This document shows, piece after piece, positions 1 through 9,699 of a stretch of 64,000 nucleotides of DNA. The first letter of the stretch is position 1, and every line of letters begins with the position of its first letter. The position numbers were made by a program, and so were the translations under genes. Origin of the DNA: Candidatus Saccharimonadia bacterium (GTDB lineage Bacteria > Patescibacteriota > Saccharimonadia > Saccharimonadales > JALRHH01); the NCBI GenBank assembly GCA_023253175.1, contig JALRHH010000002.1, positions 256,199 to 320,198 of the forward strand. The letters run 5' to 3'. A model generated the notes under the pieces. That model was given only the letters and a program-made list of their open reading frames with translations. It made no database searches and was not told the origin of the DNA.

Positions 1-867
1 TGAATCGACTATGACTCTACCGAGTTCGTTGTCTATATTTGTAGGTTGCGACCTGCCAGCTAGGAATAGTAGTAGAACAAGACCAATTATTACACCCGCG
101 GTCAGGACGATCTTTGATACAAAACGTATACCAGCGATACGATCACGCCTTGCAAATATAAGAAGTGCGACAAGGATGAGTGCGAATATAAGATTGACCC
201 ATTTTGACTGATGGAGATTTTGGTATGCCTTAGGCGCATCGGTGTACTCCTGGCTTGTTACGTCGGTTTCTTTCAGGGCCTCCTTTGACGTAATGACCGG
301 ATTCTTCAGGAATTCAACTTGTTCTTTGGTTTTTTGCGCGAATTGTTGTCCAATCTGGCTGCTTGTTACACCTGGAGGCAAGCATGGAATTGAGAGTAGA
401 TCTGACTGAAAGTCTACGGTTTGCAGCTGCTGGATCGTGCATGGGGGGAGGCTGCTGCTTCGCTCCTCTGCATAGTCAGATAATTTAGTAACTGCTTGCT
501 CTGCGGGTTTGCTAAGGTCAATCGTAAACTCTGGCTGCGTAGTTTTGCCCTCCAACCATGCATAGATTCCATCAATAACAGACTTGCTGCTACTCTGGAT
601 ATCACTTGGCTGAATCGATGACTTGACCGCGTCTTCTACCTTGGGATCAGCCAGTAATTTTTTCGTATTATCGTCACCCTGCTCTTTTGCGTTTTGTAGC
701 GCTATATCCACGAAGCCTTCGTAGACACCGCCATCTTCTAGTACCTGATCAATATTATTTGGGTTGCTAAAAACGTTACTGATTGCAAAAGCAAACGGCA
801 GCTGTAGTAGTACTGCCAGCGTTACAAAGCCCGTAAAGTAATATAAGATTTTTCGTAATGTTGTCAT
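1..867 (-). CDS. Membrane protein, hypothetical (partial, runs off the window edge)
   Basis: Read by hand: ATG at 867 (-) gives MTTLRKILYYFTGFVTLAVLLQLPFAFAISNVFSNPNNIDQVLEDGGVYEGFVD..., an N-terminal TM helix followed by a soluble domain. Absent from the ORF track, presumably because the stop lies outside the window. Confidence 0.75.
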   Translation of the reverse strand, partial: MTTLRKILYYFTGFVTLAVLLQLPFAFAISNVFSNPNNIDQVLEDGGVYEGFVDIALQNAKEQGDDNTKKLLADPKVEDAVKSSIQPSDIQSSSKSVIDGIYAWLEGKTTQPEFTIDLSKPAEQAVTKLSDYAEERSSSLPPCTIQQLQTVDFQSDLLSIPCLPPGVTSSQIGQQFAQKTKEQVEFLKNPVITSKEALKETDVTSQEYTDAPKAYQNLHQSKWVNLIFALILVALLIFARRDRIAGIRFVSKIVLTAGVIIGLVLLLFLAGRSQPTNIDNELGRVIVDS

Positions 868-904
868 GGACTTAAGTATACAACTACTGCGCTACAATAG
901 ATGT

Positions 905-1297
905 ATGGCAGATTCTATTTTTACGAAGATCATAAGGGGTGAGATCCCTAGTCACAAGATATATGAGGATGACAAGACATTTGCCTTCTTGGATATTCAT
1001 CCTTTGCATGAAGGTCACGTCCTGGTAATTCCCAAGAAGCAGATTGAGTTTGTATGGGATTTGCCGGACGAAGATTATCAAGCGGTCATGGCAACGAGTA
1101 AAAAAGTGGCGCTCAGGCTACGAGAGGTGTTGCCGTACGCTTTTGTTGCTGAGCGCGTAATTGGCGTCGATGTGCCTCACGCACATGTGCACCTCATCCC
1201 ATTTGATACAACTGATCAATTAAATGAACCGCAGCGATTTGACTCAGAGGCCGATCATGCGGCCCTGGCAGAACTTGCTTCCAAGCTCGCTTTTTAG
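905..1297 (+). CDS. HIT family nucleotide hydrolase
   Basis: SIFTKIIRGEIP start and VPHAHVHLIP histidine triad; start set at ATG 905, 6 nt after TACAAT. Confidence 0.93.
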   Translation: MADSIFTKIIRGEIPSHKIYEDDKTFAFLDIHPLHEGHVLVIPKKQIEFVWDLPDEDYQAVMATSKKVALRLREVLPYAFVAERVIGVDVPHAHVHLIPFDTTDQLNEPQRFDSEADHAALAELASKLAF

Positions 1298-1312
1298 TGG
1301 TATCATTAAGCC

Positions 1313-1483
1313 ATGTCATCATTTCTTATAGGATTATTTGTAGCAATTGGCGTAGGCGGCTGGGCGTATAGCCAGTTGCAGCGTCGTACTGGTGGTGCTG
1401 ACGCAAAGACGTCTCTGCTATTTTCAGCAATTGCTGGTGTAATCTCGTATCTCTTTATAATTATCGTCTGGAGTCTGTTTTAA
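1313..1483 (+). CDS. Small 2-TM membrane protein (56 aa)
   Basis: MSSFLIGLFVAIGVGGWAYSQLQRRTGGADAKTSLLFSAIAGVISYLFIIIVWSLF*; TATCAT -10 box 6 nt upstream; below the ORF-track cutoff. Confidence 0.7.
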   Translation: MSSFLIGLFVAIGVGGWAYSQLQRRTGGADAKTSLLFSAIAGVISYLFIIIVWSLF

Positions 1484-1533
1484 CTAGCCGTTTCATGCTA
1501 GTTTTATAGGCCGTAAACTGGTACCATAGGGCC

Positions 1534-2373
1534 ATGAATGAGGTGGATCTTGGCCGGCTTTTGCAAGCGGCCCGCAAGAAGGCTGGATTAACGCAGCAGG
1601 AGCTGTGCCAAAAGGCAGGCCTCAGTTACTCCACGCTGGCAAAGATCGAACGTGGTGCCATCAAGGCCCCATCTATTTTTACGATCCAGAGTATTGCTGG
1701 TGCCCTGAATACTTCCCTGACTGACCTTATGGGTGATGCGGTTGCTCAAGGTACCCCAAAGAAGCGTTCCAAGAACGGTGTTCGTTTTGTGTACTTTGAT
1801 ATCAACGGTTGTCTTGTCAGATTCTTCCACCCTGCTTTTAATCGATTATCGCAGGACACAGGTATTGCTGCAGATGTCATCGAAACCAATTTCTGGGATT
1901 TGAACGACGCTGCTTGCCGCGGCGAGATGACTATGTCGGAGTTTAACGACGCATTCGCAGCTCGCCTTGGTATCGAGCAGCTTGATTGGCAGAATTACTA
2001 TTTTGAGGCGCTGGATGTGGTTGAAGAGATGCAGTCACTTCTGACATGGGCCGCACAGCATTACCATGTCGGGTTATTGAGCAACATCATGCCTGGCTTT
2101 ATTACTCGAATGATCAAAGAAGGTGCCCTTCCCCGCGTAGCTTACGACCAAATCATTGATTCGTCTGTTGTTGGCGCAATCAAACCAGAAGACGCGATCT
2201 TTGAAATTGCCGAAGCAAAATCGGGCGTCCAGCCAGAAGAGATCCTATTTATTGATGACTCACGCTCTAACGTCATGGCCGCCCAAAAACGTGGTTGGAA
2301 GGTTATCTGGTTTGATGACTATCGATCTGCTGAAATTACGGATCGCATCAAAGCGAGCCTTGAACCAGAATAA
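1534..2373 (+). CDS. XRE-type HTH fused to HAD-IA hydrolase
   Basis: N-terminal GLTQQELCQKAGLSYSTLAKIERG HTH; HAD motifs FDINGCL, LLSN, KPEDAIF, FIDD. Confidence 0.88.
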   Translation: MNEVDLGRLLQAARKKAGLTQQELCQKAGLSYSTLAKIERGAIKAPSIFTIQSIAGALNTSLTDLMGDAVAQGTPKKRSKNGVRFVYFDINGCLVRFFHPAFNRLSQDTGIAADVIETNFWDLNDAACRGEMTMSEFNDAFAARLGIEQLDWQNYYFEALDVVEEMQSLLTWAAQHYHVGLLSNIMPGFITRMIKEGALPRVAYDQIIDSSVVGAIKPEDAIFEIAEAKSGVQPEEILFIDDSRSNVMAAQKRGWKVIWFDDYRSAEITDRIKASLEPE

Positions 2374-2428
2374 TAGTCTGTAAACTAAACTACACAGGCC
2401 TAATAATATACGAGGTATACTGAACGGT

Positions 2429-3349
2429 ATGATTGAAGCACAGAATCTGACGAAGAAATACAAAAAGAAATTGGCCGTCGATGACATATCCTTCACCGTT
2501 GAGACTGGTAAGGTTACAGGTTTCCTTGGCCCAAACGGCGCTGGTAAATCAACGACCATGCGGCTCATGCTTGGACTTGATAATGGCGGCGGCAAGACCT
2601 TGTTCGATGGCAAGCGGCTGGCTGATTATGCCGAGCCATCCAAGGTAGTTGGCATACTCCTTGAGGCCAAGGCATTTCATCCTACCCGTTCGGCTCGTAA
2701 TCATCTGAAGGTTCTTGCGGCTGCAGGCGGTATCCCGGAGTCACGTGTTGATGAGGTGCTTGATGTTGTTGGCCTATCGGATGTAGCCAAGAAGGGTCCC
2801 GGTAAATTCAGCCTTGGTATGAGTCAGCGGCTCGGTATCGCGGCGGCGATTCTTGGTAAGCCAAAATATTTACTCCTTGATGAGCCGGCAAACGGCCTTG
2901 ATCCCGAGGGTATTCACTGGCTCCGTAAGTTCCTGAAGGACTATGCCGACGAGGGTAATGCGGTGTTTGTGTCGAGCCACCTTTTGAGTGAAATGTCTCT
3001 CATGGCCGATAACTTGGTGGTTATTGGTAAAGGCAAGCTCATAACCACAGGTACCGTTCAGAGTTTCATTGATGCCGCATCTGGCAAGAGCGTATTTGTG
3101 CGCTCCGGTAAGCTCGGCGCACTTCAGAAAACGCTTGGCGCGTCATTTACCGTTAGTAAGCACGATAATGGTCTGCTCGTTTCGGATGCAACCACCGATC
3201 AGGTTGGGCAGATTGCGTTTGATGCGGGATTGCCACTTCTTGAATTAACGAGTCAATCAATCACACTCGAGGATGCATTTCTCGAAATTACTGCTGATAG
3301 CCAGGAATACAAAACCCACAATCAGTCCAAGAAAGGAGGTGGCCAGTAA
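2429..3349 (+). CDS. ABC transporter ATP-binding protein (BcrA/multidrug-like)
   Basis: Walker A GPNGAGKST, signature FSLGMSQR, Walker B LLLDEP. Confidence 0.93.
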   Translation: MIEAQNLTKKYKKKLAVDDISFTVETGKVTGFLGPNGAGKSTTMRLMLGLDNGGGKTLFDGKRLADYAEPSKVVGILLEAKAFHPTRSARNHLKVLAAAGGIPESRVDEVLDVVGLSDVAKKGPGKFSLGMSQRLGIAAAILGKPKYLLLDEPANGLDPEGIHWLRKFLKDYADEGNAVFVSSHLLSEMSLMADNLVVIGKGKLITTGTVQSFIDAASGKSVFVRSGKLGALQKTLGASFTVSKHDNGLLVSDATTDQVGQIAFDAGLPLLELTSQSITLEDAFLEITADSQEYKTHNQSKKGGGQ

Positions 3350-4245
3350 TGCTTAGCACACTCAAATCAGATTTCCGTAAAATCCTCACGGTACGATCAA
3401 CATATATTTTGGTTGTTATTGCGCTCTTCCTCACGACGTTCTTTACATATCTTGGCACCTCGGCGGTGAGCTACCAGGAGCAGGTCAGCGGTAAGGTCAC
3501 CGAACAAAAGCTGCCGGATGGCACGACTGAGTCACGTCCCGACCCGAACGATCCGCCTGTGTATGTCACGAAGACAGAGCGTAACTTGTCCAAGGAGAAG
3601 CTCATCAGTAACCTCCAAGAGGGTGTGCCGGTCGTCACGTTGTTCACGACGGTTGTAGTTGTGCTCTTTATGGCACACGAATTTCGGTATAACACGATTG
3701 CGTACACCTTAATTGCTGGTCGAAGACGCTACGTGGTCTTGCTGTCGAAGCTTGCCGTGAGTGCGACTTTTATTACGGTGGTAACGCTTCTGGCCATTGG
3801 CTTTACGACGGCTGCAACGTTTGCGGCTATTGGAATTAAGGATTTAACGCTGCCAGCGCAGGACTTCAATTGGCTCTATATCGGGGCACGTCTGCTTGGA
3901 TATTCGCTCGGCTTTGGCTTGTTGGGACTTGCGATCATTACATTGGTTCGTAACCTAACGGCTGGTGTTGCGGCAATCTTTGTACTGCCGACATTGGATG
4001 CCATCGCGGGTGCGCTTCTATCAAGTCGTAATATTGAGGCGACAAGGGTGCTTCCCTTCTCTGCGCTTGATCGAATTAGCGGACTAACCCGTGACTTTAC
4101 CCCGCAAAACATGCCAACCGATGGCATAACTGATGTGCAGCGATTACCTGCAACAGTACTTGGGGCAAGCTTTGTATTCCTGCTGTATCTGGTAGCCTTA
4201 TGGCTTATTACTTGGGTATCTTTTTTGCGCCGCGACGCTAACTAA
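3349..4245 (+). CDS. ABC-2 type transporter permease
   Basis: Several TM helices, overlapping stop/start with the ATPase, ends in RRDA. Confidence 0.85.
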   Translation: MLSTLKSDFRKILTVRSTYILVVIALFLTTFFTYLGTSAVSYQEQVSGKVTEQKLPDGTTESRPDPNDPPVYVTKTERNLSKEKLISNLQEGVPVVTLFTTVVVVLFMAHEFRYNTIAYTLIAGRRRYVVLLSKLAVSATFITVVTLLAIGFTTAATFAAIGIKDLTLPAQDFNWLYIGARLLGYSLGFGLLGLAIITLVRNLTAGVAAIFVLPTLDAIAGALLSSRNIEATRVLPFSALDRISGLTRDFTPQNMPTDGITDVQRLPATVLGASFVFLLYLVALWLITWVSFLRRDAN

Positions 4246-4262
4246 CAGCTACATTTCATACA

Positions 4263-4292
4263 AAAAACTCCCAGAATAGTGGGAGTTTTTTT
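4263..4292. terminator. Bidirectional intrinsic terminator
   Basis: aaaaactccca-gaatag-tgggagtttttt between convergent genes. Confidence 0.8.
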
Positions 4293-4305
4293 GTATACCA
4301 CGGGA

Positions 4306-6870
4306 TTACTTAGAGAAGCGGGCTTGTTCGTCTGACAGCTTCTGGAGCTGCTGCTTGGCGCTTTCCAGTTGATCGCGTGTTTCATCAACCAGGCGATTCG
4401 GTGCGTTCTTAACGTAGCTCTCATTGCTCAGGCGGCCTTCTAGCTGCGAGATTGCCTTTTGTTGCTGTTCGATTTGATTGCCGAGCTCACGAACAAAGCT
4501 TTCTGCCGTAGCCGCATCAATATCCAGCCAACAGTCAAATGCCGTAGTGGTGAGGTGTAGACCGTCGCCATCCTCAACCTCCACAACATCCTTAACGCGT
4601 GCAAGGTTAGCGATGAGCTGCCTTTGTTCGTTGAGAAGCTGCGCGCCGCGGTGATACAGAACATTTGTGTGGCCAAGTTTCATGCTGGCCTTGATATAGC
4701 GGATCTCGGTTACGAGTGACTTCACTTCTTCAAAAATAGCCGCTTCTTTATCGTTCGCCTTTGGCTCTGTTGGCCACTGCGCGGTAATCAGCAGACTTTC
4801 GTCTTCCCATTTGAGGGTCTGCCAGATCGTTTCGGTGACGAATGGTGCAAATGGATGGGCAAGCTTTAGAATCGTCTCAAGACCGTACGCAAGTACGCCC
4901 GGATTGAGGTTGCTCTTCGAGGCCTCGATGTACCAGTCGGCAAAATCATCCCACAGGAGGTGGTATACCTTTTCGGAGGCTTCAGCGAATCGGTAATTGT
5001 CTAAGCAGTCACTTATTTCCCTGATAGATTGTTGCAATTTATGCAACATCCAGTTATCGGCTGGTGTTTCAGCCTTCGGGTTGTGACGAAGCTCGAAATC
5101 ATCACCAATCTTGTCTTCGATAAACCGAGCCACGTTCCAAAGCTTGTTGCAGAAGTTACGAGCAGCAACTAGCCTGTTCTCGTCGTAAGACTGGTTATTG
5201 CCGGCCGACTGCCCTGCGATTACACCCATGCGGAAGGCGTCAGATCCATACTGATCAACCTTCTCCATTGGGTTAATCACATTACCCTTACTCTTGCTCA
5301 TCTTCGCGCCGTGTTGGTCCAGCACGAGTCCATGTAAGTACACGGTCTTAAAAGGTATTTCACCAGTGTTATATAGACCAAACATTAACATGCGGCTCAC
5401 CCACGGATAGAGGATGTCAGCGCCTGTTTCCATAACGCTGAGCGGGTAGAACTTTTTGTAATCGTCACTACCAAGGCCAAGCGTCGCATACGGCCAACTG
5501 GAACTGCTGAACCAGGTATCAAACACATCAGGATCGCGCCGGTAGGTTTTGCCGTCAACCGTAATCGTTTCTTCCTGTACGCGCTCATCAAAAATCCAAT
5601 CCTCTGGGTCATCGAGGTTCTGGAAGGCTGGAATTGGAATGCCCCAGGCGATCTGACGGCTAATGTTCCAATCGCGTAAGTTCTCAAGGTACGTTATCAG
5701 CTGCTGCTTTTTGACCTCTGGGTGGAATACGATTTTCCCTGATTTCAGGGCTTCAATAGCTGGCTTGGTCAGCGGCTGCATATCAATAAACCATTGGTCA
5801 CGAAGGAGCGGCTGGATAACGGTGCCACACTTGTAACAGTGACCGACATTGTGAGTGTAATCTTCTTCCTTTTCGAGGAACTTCTGCTCTTTTAGATCAC
5901 TGACAATCTTTTTGCGGGCTTCTAATACCTCAAGACCACGATAATCCTCTGGCATGTCATGCGTGATCTTGCCTTCGTGACTAATCACGGTGATAAATGG
6001 CAGATCGTGGCGCTTGCCTGCTTCGTAGTCATTCGGGTCGTGGGCTGGGGTAATTTTAACGGCGCCCGTACCAAATGCGGTGTCGACAAATTCATCAGCA
6101 ATGATCGGAATTTCGCGCTTCATCAGCGGTAATTTAACAGTTTTGCCAATGAATGACGCGTAGCGTTCATCGGTTGGATTAACAGCTACGGCGGTGTCAC
6201 CGAGCATCGTTTCGGGTCGGGTCGTCGCAACCGTGATAGAGCCAGATCCGTCGGTTAGTGGATAGGTAATGTGCCAGAGGTGACTCGCCTCTTCTTTGTA
6301 TTCCACCTCGATATCCGCAAAGCCGGTACCGTGGAATGTACAGAAGTTAACGAGCCGTTCACCTCTGTAGATAAGCCCTTCATCCCACATTTTCTTGAAA
6401 GAATTATAGGCTTGAGCAACAATCTTTGGGTCAAGCGTGTAGGTGTAGTGTTTCCAGCTCAGGCTGGCACCCAGACGGCGGAACTGAGACTCATAGTTGT
6501 CTTTGTTTTCTGCAACGAAGTCATACACTCTGTCGTAGAGTTCCTCACGGCTGAAATCAAAGCGGCTCTTCCCCTCTTTCTCTAGTTGTTTCTCGTAGAC
6601 GGACTGTGTCTCGAAGCCGGCGTGGTCCGCGCCCGGTACAAATAGGGTCGCCTTGCCGAGCATACGGTTATAGCGAATCGCGATATCTTCGATACCGAGG
6701 GTCAGGCCGTGTCCAATGTGGAGATTACCGTTGGCGTTTGGCGGCGGGATAACGATACTGAATGTATCATTATTTCCCCTGTTCTTTGGCGTAAATGCGT
6801 CACTCTTTTCCCAGAGTGCATAAATGTCAGATTCGTATTCTTTTGGCTCGTAAACTTTTGGTAGATTCAT
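4306..6870 (-). CDS. valS: Valine--tRNA ligase
   Basis: PPPNANGNLHIGH, KMSKS, DTWFSS, C-terminal coiled coil. Confidence 0.98.
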   Translation of the reverse strand: MNLPKVYEPKEYESDIYALWEKSDAFTPKNRGNNDTFSIVIPPPNANGNLHIGHGLTLGIEDIAIRYNRMLGKATLFVPGADHAGFETQSVYEKQLEKEGKSRFDFSREELYDRVYDFVAENKDNYESQFRRLGASLSWKHYTYTLDPKIVAQAYNSFKKMWDEGLIYRGERLVNFCTFHGTGFADIEVEYKEEASHLWHITYPLTDGSGSITVATTRPETMLGDTAVAVNPTDERYASFIGKTVKLPLMKREIPIIADEFVDTAFGTGAVKITPAHDPNDYEAGKRHDLPFITVISHEGKITHDMPEDYRGLEVLEARKKIVSDLKEQKFLEKEEDYTHNVGHCYKCGTVIQPLLRDQWFIDMQPLTKPAIEALKSGKIVFHPEVKKQQLITYLENLRDWNISRQIAWGIPIPAFQNLDDPEDWIFDERVQEETITVDGKTYRRDPDVFDTWFSSSSWPYATLGLGSDDYKKFYPLSVMETGADILYPWVSRMLMFGLYNTGEIPFKTVYLHGLVLDQHGAKMSKSKGNVINPMEKVDQYGSDAFRMGVIAGQSAGNNQSYDENRLVAARNFCNKLWNVARFIEDKIGDDFELRHNPKAETPADNWMLHKLQQSIREISDCLDNYRFAEASEKVYHLLWDDFADWYIEASKSNLNPGVLAYGLETILKLAHPFAPFVTETIWQTLKWEDESLLITAQWPTEPKANDKEAAIFEEVKSLVTEIRYIKASMKLGHTNVLYHRGAQLLNEQRQLIANLARVKDVVEVEDGDGLHLTTTAFDCWLDIDAATAESFVRELGNQIEQQQKAISQLEGRLSNESYVKNAPNRLVDETRDQLESAKQQLQKLSDEQARFSK

Positions 6871-6940
6871 ATGCCTACCAGTATACCATCCCTGTTACGA
6901 ATAGACATAAGTATGTAATGATGGTATAGTATTCGCTCAA

Positions 6941-7879
6941 ATGAGCGAATCAGAACAGCAACCAGTACAGATTGATCGTGATATGAGCCGTGCTAATTGG
7001 CAGCGCGGTATTGGCGCTGTAGTTTTCCGTGAGCTCACAGAAGAAGCCTTTCTGACGGAGCCAGTGGTCGACCATTTGGATTATGCCTTATTTAGGCAGG
7101 AGGCAAGAAGTAGAGACCCTCGCTGGACTGGGATTAAGCCCCTCTGGAAGACTGCATACATCGTGTCGCATATTGCAGTACGCACCGCTATGCAGGATGT
7201 ACATAAGCGAGCAGCCTCTCTGGTTGATGACCAGAATGCGCCACTCTTTCGAGTTGGGTTAGACATTGGAAGATATGCCTACTGGGACAGTGCAAGTACC
7301 GTACTAGAAGAAGTCGGCGATACGGTAGCTCACTTCCCTATCTCGCTCGCTCGGTCAATATCCACCCATGCTCCTACGAAGGGTGGGTCCAAGCGATTTA
7401 CACCCGAGAGCTTACATGATGTGGCTGATTTGCTGGAAAGTCCTGATGTGGAGCTGATATTTAATCAGGCCCTTCTGGCGGCTAACGGATTTTGGGGTAC
7501 ATATTCTACGTCCGCAGGGAGTTCTATTTTAATTGCTCCTCCCTTTTGCTTCAACGGAGATCAGGTTAGTTTTAGCGACCTGGCGCTTCGGAAAATGCGC
7601 GATAGTCTCAAGGTGGCAAACACGACATCAAATGCTAGCGAAACAAGTTCGAGCGGCTGTCCCGCTCGCCACACAAGGGTTAATCCTCAATATATACCAG
7701 ATCAGAGTCGCCTTGCCGAGTTATCGCTGGCCTTCGGAAAGACCCCAGAAGAGCTACTGGCACCACATGAGCAAAACGTAGCACAGACAGGACTACGGTT
7801 TGTCATCTCTGCGCTACGTGCAGGAAATGATGCCGCCGAGAAGTATTTAGCTAAACTCCCTCAGATTGATATTCGGTAG
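6941..7879 (+). CDS. Hypothetical protein
   Basis: 312-aa ORF with an upstream TATAGT -10 box; contains SGCPA; no family recognised. Confidence 0.65.
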   Translation: MSESEQQPVQIDRDMSRANWQRGIGAVVFRELTEEAFLTEPVVDHLDYALFRQEARSRDPRWTGIKPLWKTAYIVSHIAVRTAMQDVHKRAASLVDDQNAPLFRVGLDIGRYAYWDSASTVLEEVGDTVAHFPISLARSISTHAPTKGGSKRFTPESLHDVADLLESPDVELIFNQALLAANGFWGTYSTSAGSSILIAPPFCFNGDQVSFSDLALRKMRDSLKVANTTSNASETSSSGCPARHTRVNPQYIPDQSRLAELSLAFGKTPEELLAPHEQNVAQTGLRFVISALRAGNDAAEKYLAKLPQIDIR

Positions 7880-7944
7880 TAACCCGATGGCTGAAATGAG
7901 CTTCCATTATTTATTGTTCGCCAAGAATGTCAATAACAAAAAGA

Positions 7945-7992
7945 GGCAATAAGCAAATAAGCTTTCACGTGAAAACTTTTATGCTTATTGCC
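7945..7992. repeat. 48-bp imperfect palindrome with parS-like core TTTCACGTGAAA
   Basis: ggcaataagcaaataagctttcac|gtgaaaacttttatgcttattgcc; 21 of 24 arm positions complementary. Confidence 0.7.
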
Positions 7993-8083
7993 CCAACTAA
8001 GTGATTTGTTTCAAAAGTACGAGCCAAAAGTGGCTAACAAATCTGTTTGTTTTCAAGGTCAGTATATCACAAGCATGAGCGTA

Positions 8084-8112
8084 TTGACAAAATGCTAAAG
8101 TTTTGCTAGAGT
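8084..8112 (+). promoter_or_regulatory. Sigma70-type promoter
   Basis: TTGACA-17 nt-TAGAGT with TG upstream of the -10 box. Confidence 0.7.
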
Positions 8113-8139
8113 ATGTTTATCGTTTAGATAAAAACAAAC

Positions 8140-8865
8140 ATGAAAAACAATAAAACCTCACATCCATCACCCCTGTCACGGACGCAGCTTGTGGCTGATA
8201 TCGCCCAGAAAATGAATGCCCGTCTTGAAACTATCGAAGACGAATTTCAGCGTGGATTTGATCTTGTAAGCAAGTACCAAGGAACCGTAACAGTTTTTGG
8301 CTCTGCTAGATTTACGGAAGAAAATCCGTACTATATTCAAGCCCGGGAACTGGGCGGTAAGCTGGCTAAAAATGGCTTCACGGTTATTACGGGCGGCGGC
8401 GGCGGAATTATGGAGGCTGCCAACAGGGGTGCATTCGAGGCTGGCGGAAGCTCGGTCGGATTCAATATTGCACTACCGCACGAACAGCAACTCAATCCAT
8501 ATGTTACGGAGACCATGGATTTCCAGCACTTCTATGCCCGCAAGGTGATGCTTGTATTTTCATCAGAGGCGCTGGTGGTATTCCCCGGCGGCTTTGGAAC
8601 ACTGGATGAAATGTTTGAGGTTCTCACGCTAGTCCAGACCCATAAGACAGCCAAGGTACCCATTATCCTGGTTGGAACTGAGTTCTGGAAACCACTCGAT
8701 GAATTTATCAAGAATCAGCTCCGTGATCTGACGGCCACTATCACCCCTGGGGATGAAATGCTGTATCACATTACTGATAGTCTAGATGAAGTGGTGCAGC
8801 ACATCGAAGCCTACCGCGATCAAACAGTTGGCGAGGCCTTCCTCGGCGCAAGCCCCGAAGGGTAG
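8140..8865 (+). CDS. LOG family protein (TIGR00730-like nucleotide monophosphate nucleosidase)
   Basis: VFGSAR, ITGGGGGIMEAAN, PGGFGTLDE motifs. Confidence 0.92.
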   Translation: MKNNKTSHPSPLSRTQLVADIAQKMNARLETIEDEFQRGFDLVSKYQGTVTVFGSARFTEENPYYIQARELGGKLAKNGFTVITGGGGGIMEAANRGAFEAGGSSVGFNIALPHEQQLNPYVTETMDFQHFYARKVMLVFSSEALVVFPGGFGTLDEMFEVLTLVQTHKTAKVPIILVGTEFWKPLDEFIKNQLRDLTATITPGDEMLYHITDSLDEVVQHIEAYRDQTVGEAFLGASPEG

Positions 8866-8952
8866 ATATATAAACTATTACCTCTCAAGGCTGTGATTGA
8901 CGTTACCTGTATTACATAGTATTGTATGTGTCTAATTGAATTGGAATAAGAT

Positions 8953-9699
8953 ATGGCACTCGAATCCGGTCGACTTACTAGTCAAGAAATTATTGAATGG
9001 GCATCTGCGTACGAACTGGTAGATGATGATTCCTATGCTCAGTTGGAACCTCAGGAGATAGATAGCATAGTCGCAGCTACTTCTTTGGATCGGGTTGATT
9101 TAGCGCGGCACCTATTTCTAGGGGAGCTTGCATGGCGAGCGGCTGCCGCGGTTGATTATGAGCAGAAGCTCCAACAAGAGCTCACAAAGACAAGGGAATA
9201 CATTACGGAGCTTACTGTAATTAAAAAAGCGGTGACAGGGGAAATAGATAAGCGAGAAGTGTCTTCTGAGTCAACAGTCTCGTTTAGCGGTCTTAGGCCC
9301 GCGGTTCTGCCTCTAAGTGGACTGAAATCACGTATTGATGCTGAGAGACGCGCCACTGCAGAAACATACAAAGAGCTGCGCACTGATTTAGCTCGTCGAG
9401 TATCTCCTGACGTAACGCCGTCAGTCGTAGGAAGAGCGTTGAATTTGATCATAGACGGCGATTTACCTAGAGAGTATTTCTTTAGGGTACCAGGGGAGTG
9501 GGTGGAATTTCGCGGTACTGCGCCAAGCTCTGTGGACCACCATGATGCACCTTCAGATGACAGACCACAAGCACCGAACTTTGAAGAGCTTGCCAGAGAC
9601 ATTCGCAAGGTAGGGGCCAGTACCCTTAGGGTTATGTTTAAGATGTTCGCATCACTTGGCGAAGAGCAGGCTGCTTCTGCTACTACATCGAGAGGTTAG
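8953..9699 (+). CDS. Hypothetical protein
   Basis: 248-aa ORF with coiled-coil middle; possible HhH-like C-terminus. Confidence 0.6.
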   Translation: MALESGRLTSQEIIEWASAYELVDDDSYAQLEPQEIDSIVAATSLDRVDLARHLFLGELAWRAAAAVDYEQKLQQELTKTREYITELTVIKKAVTGEIDKREVSSESTVSFSGLRPAVLPLSGLKSRIDAERRATAETYKELRTDLARRVSPDVTPSVVGRALNLIIDGDLPREYFFRVPGEWVEFRGTAPSSVDHHDAPSDDRPQAPNFEELARDIRKVGASTLRVMFKMFASLGEEQAASATTSRG

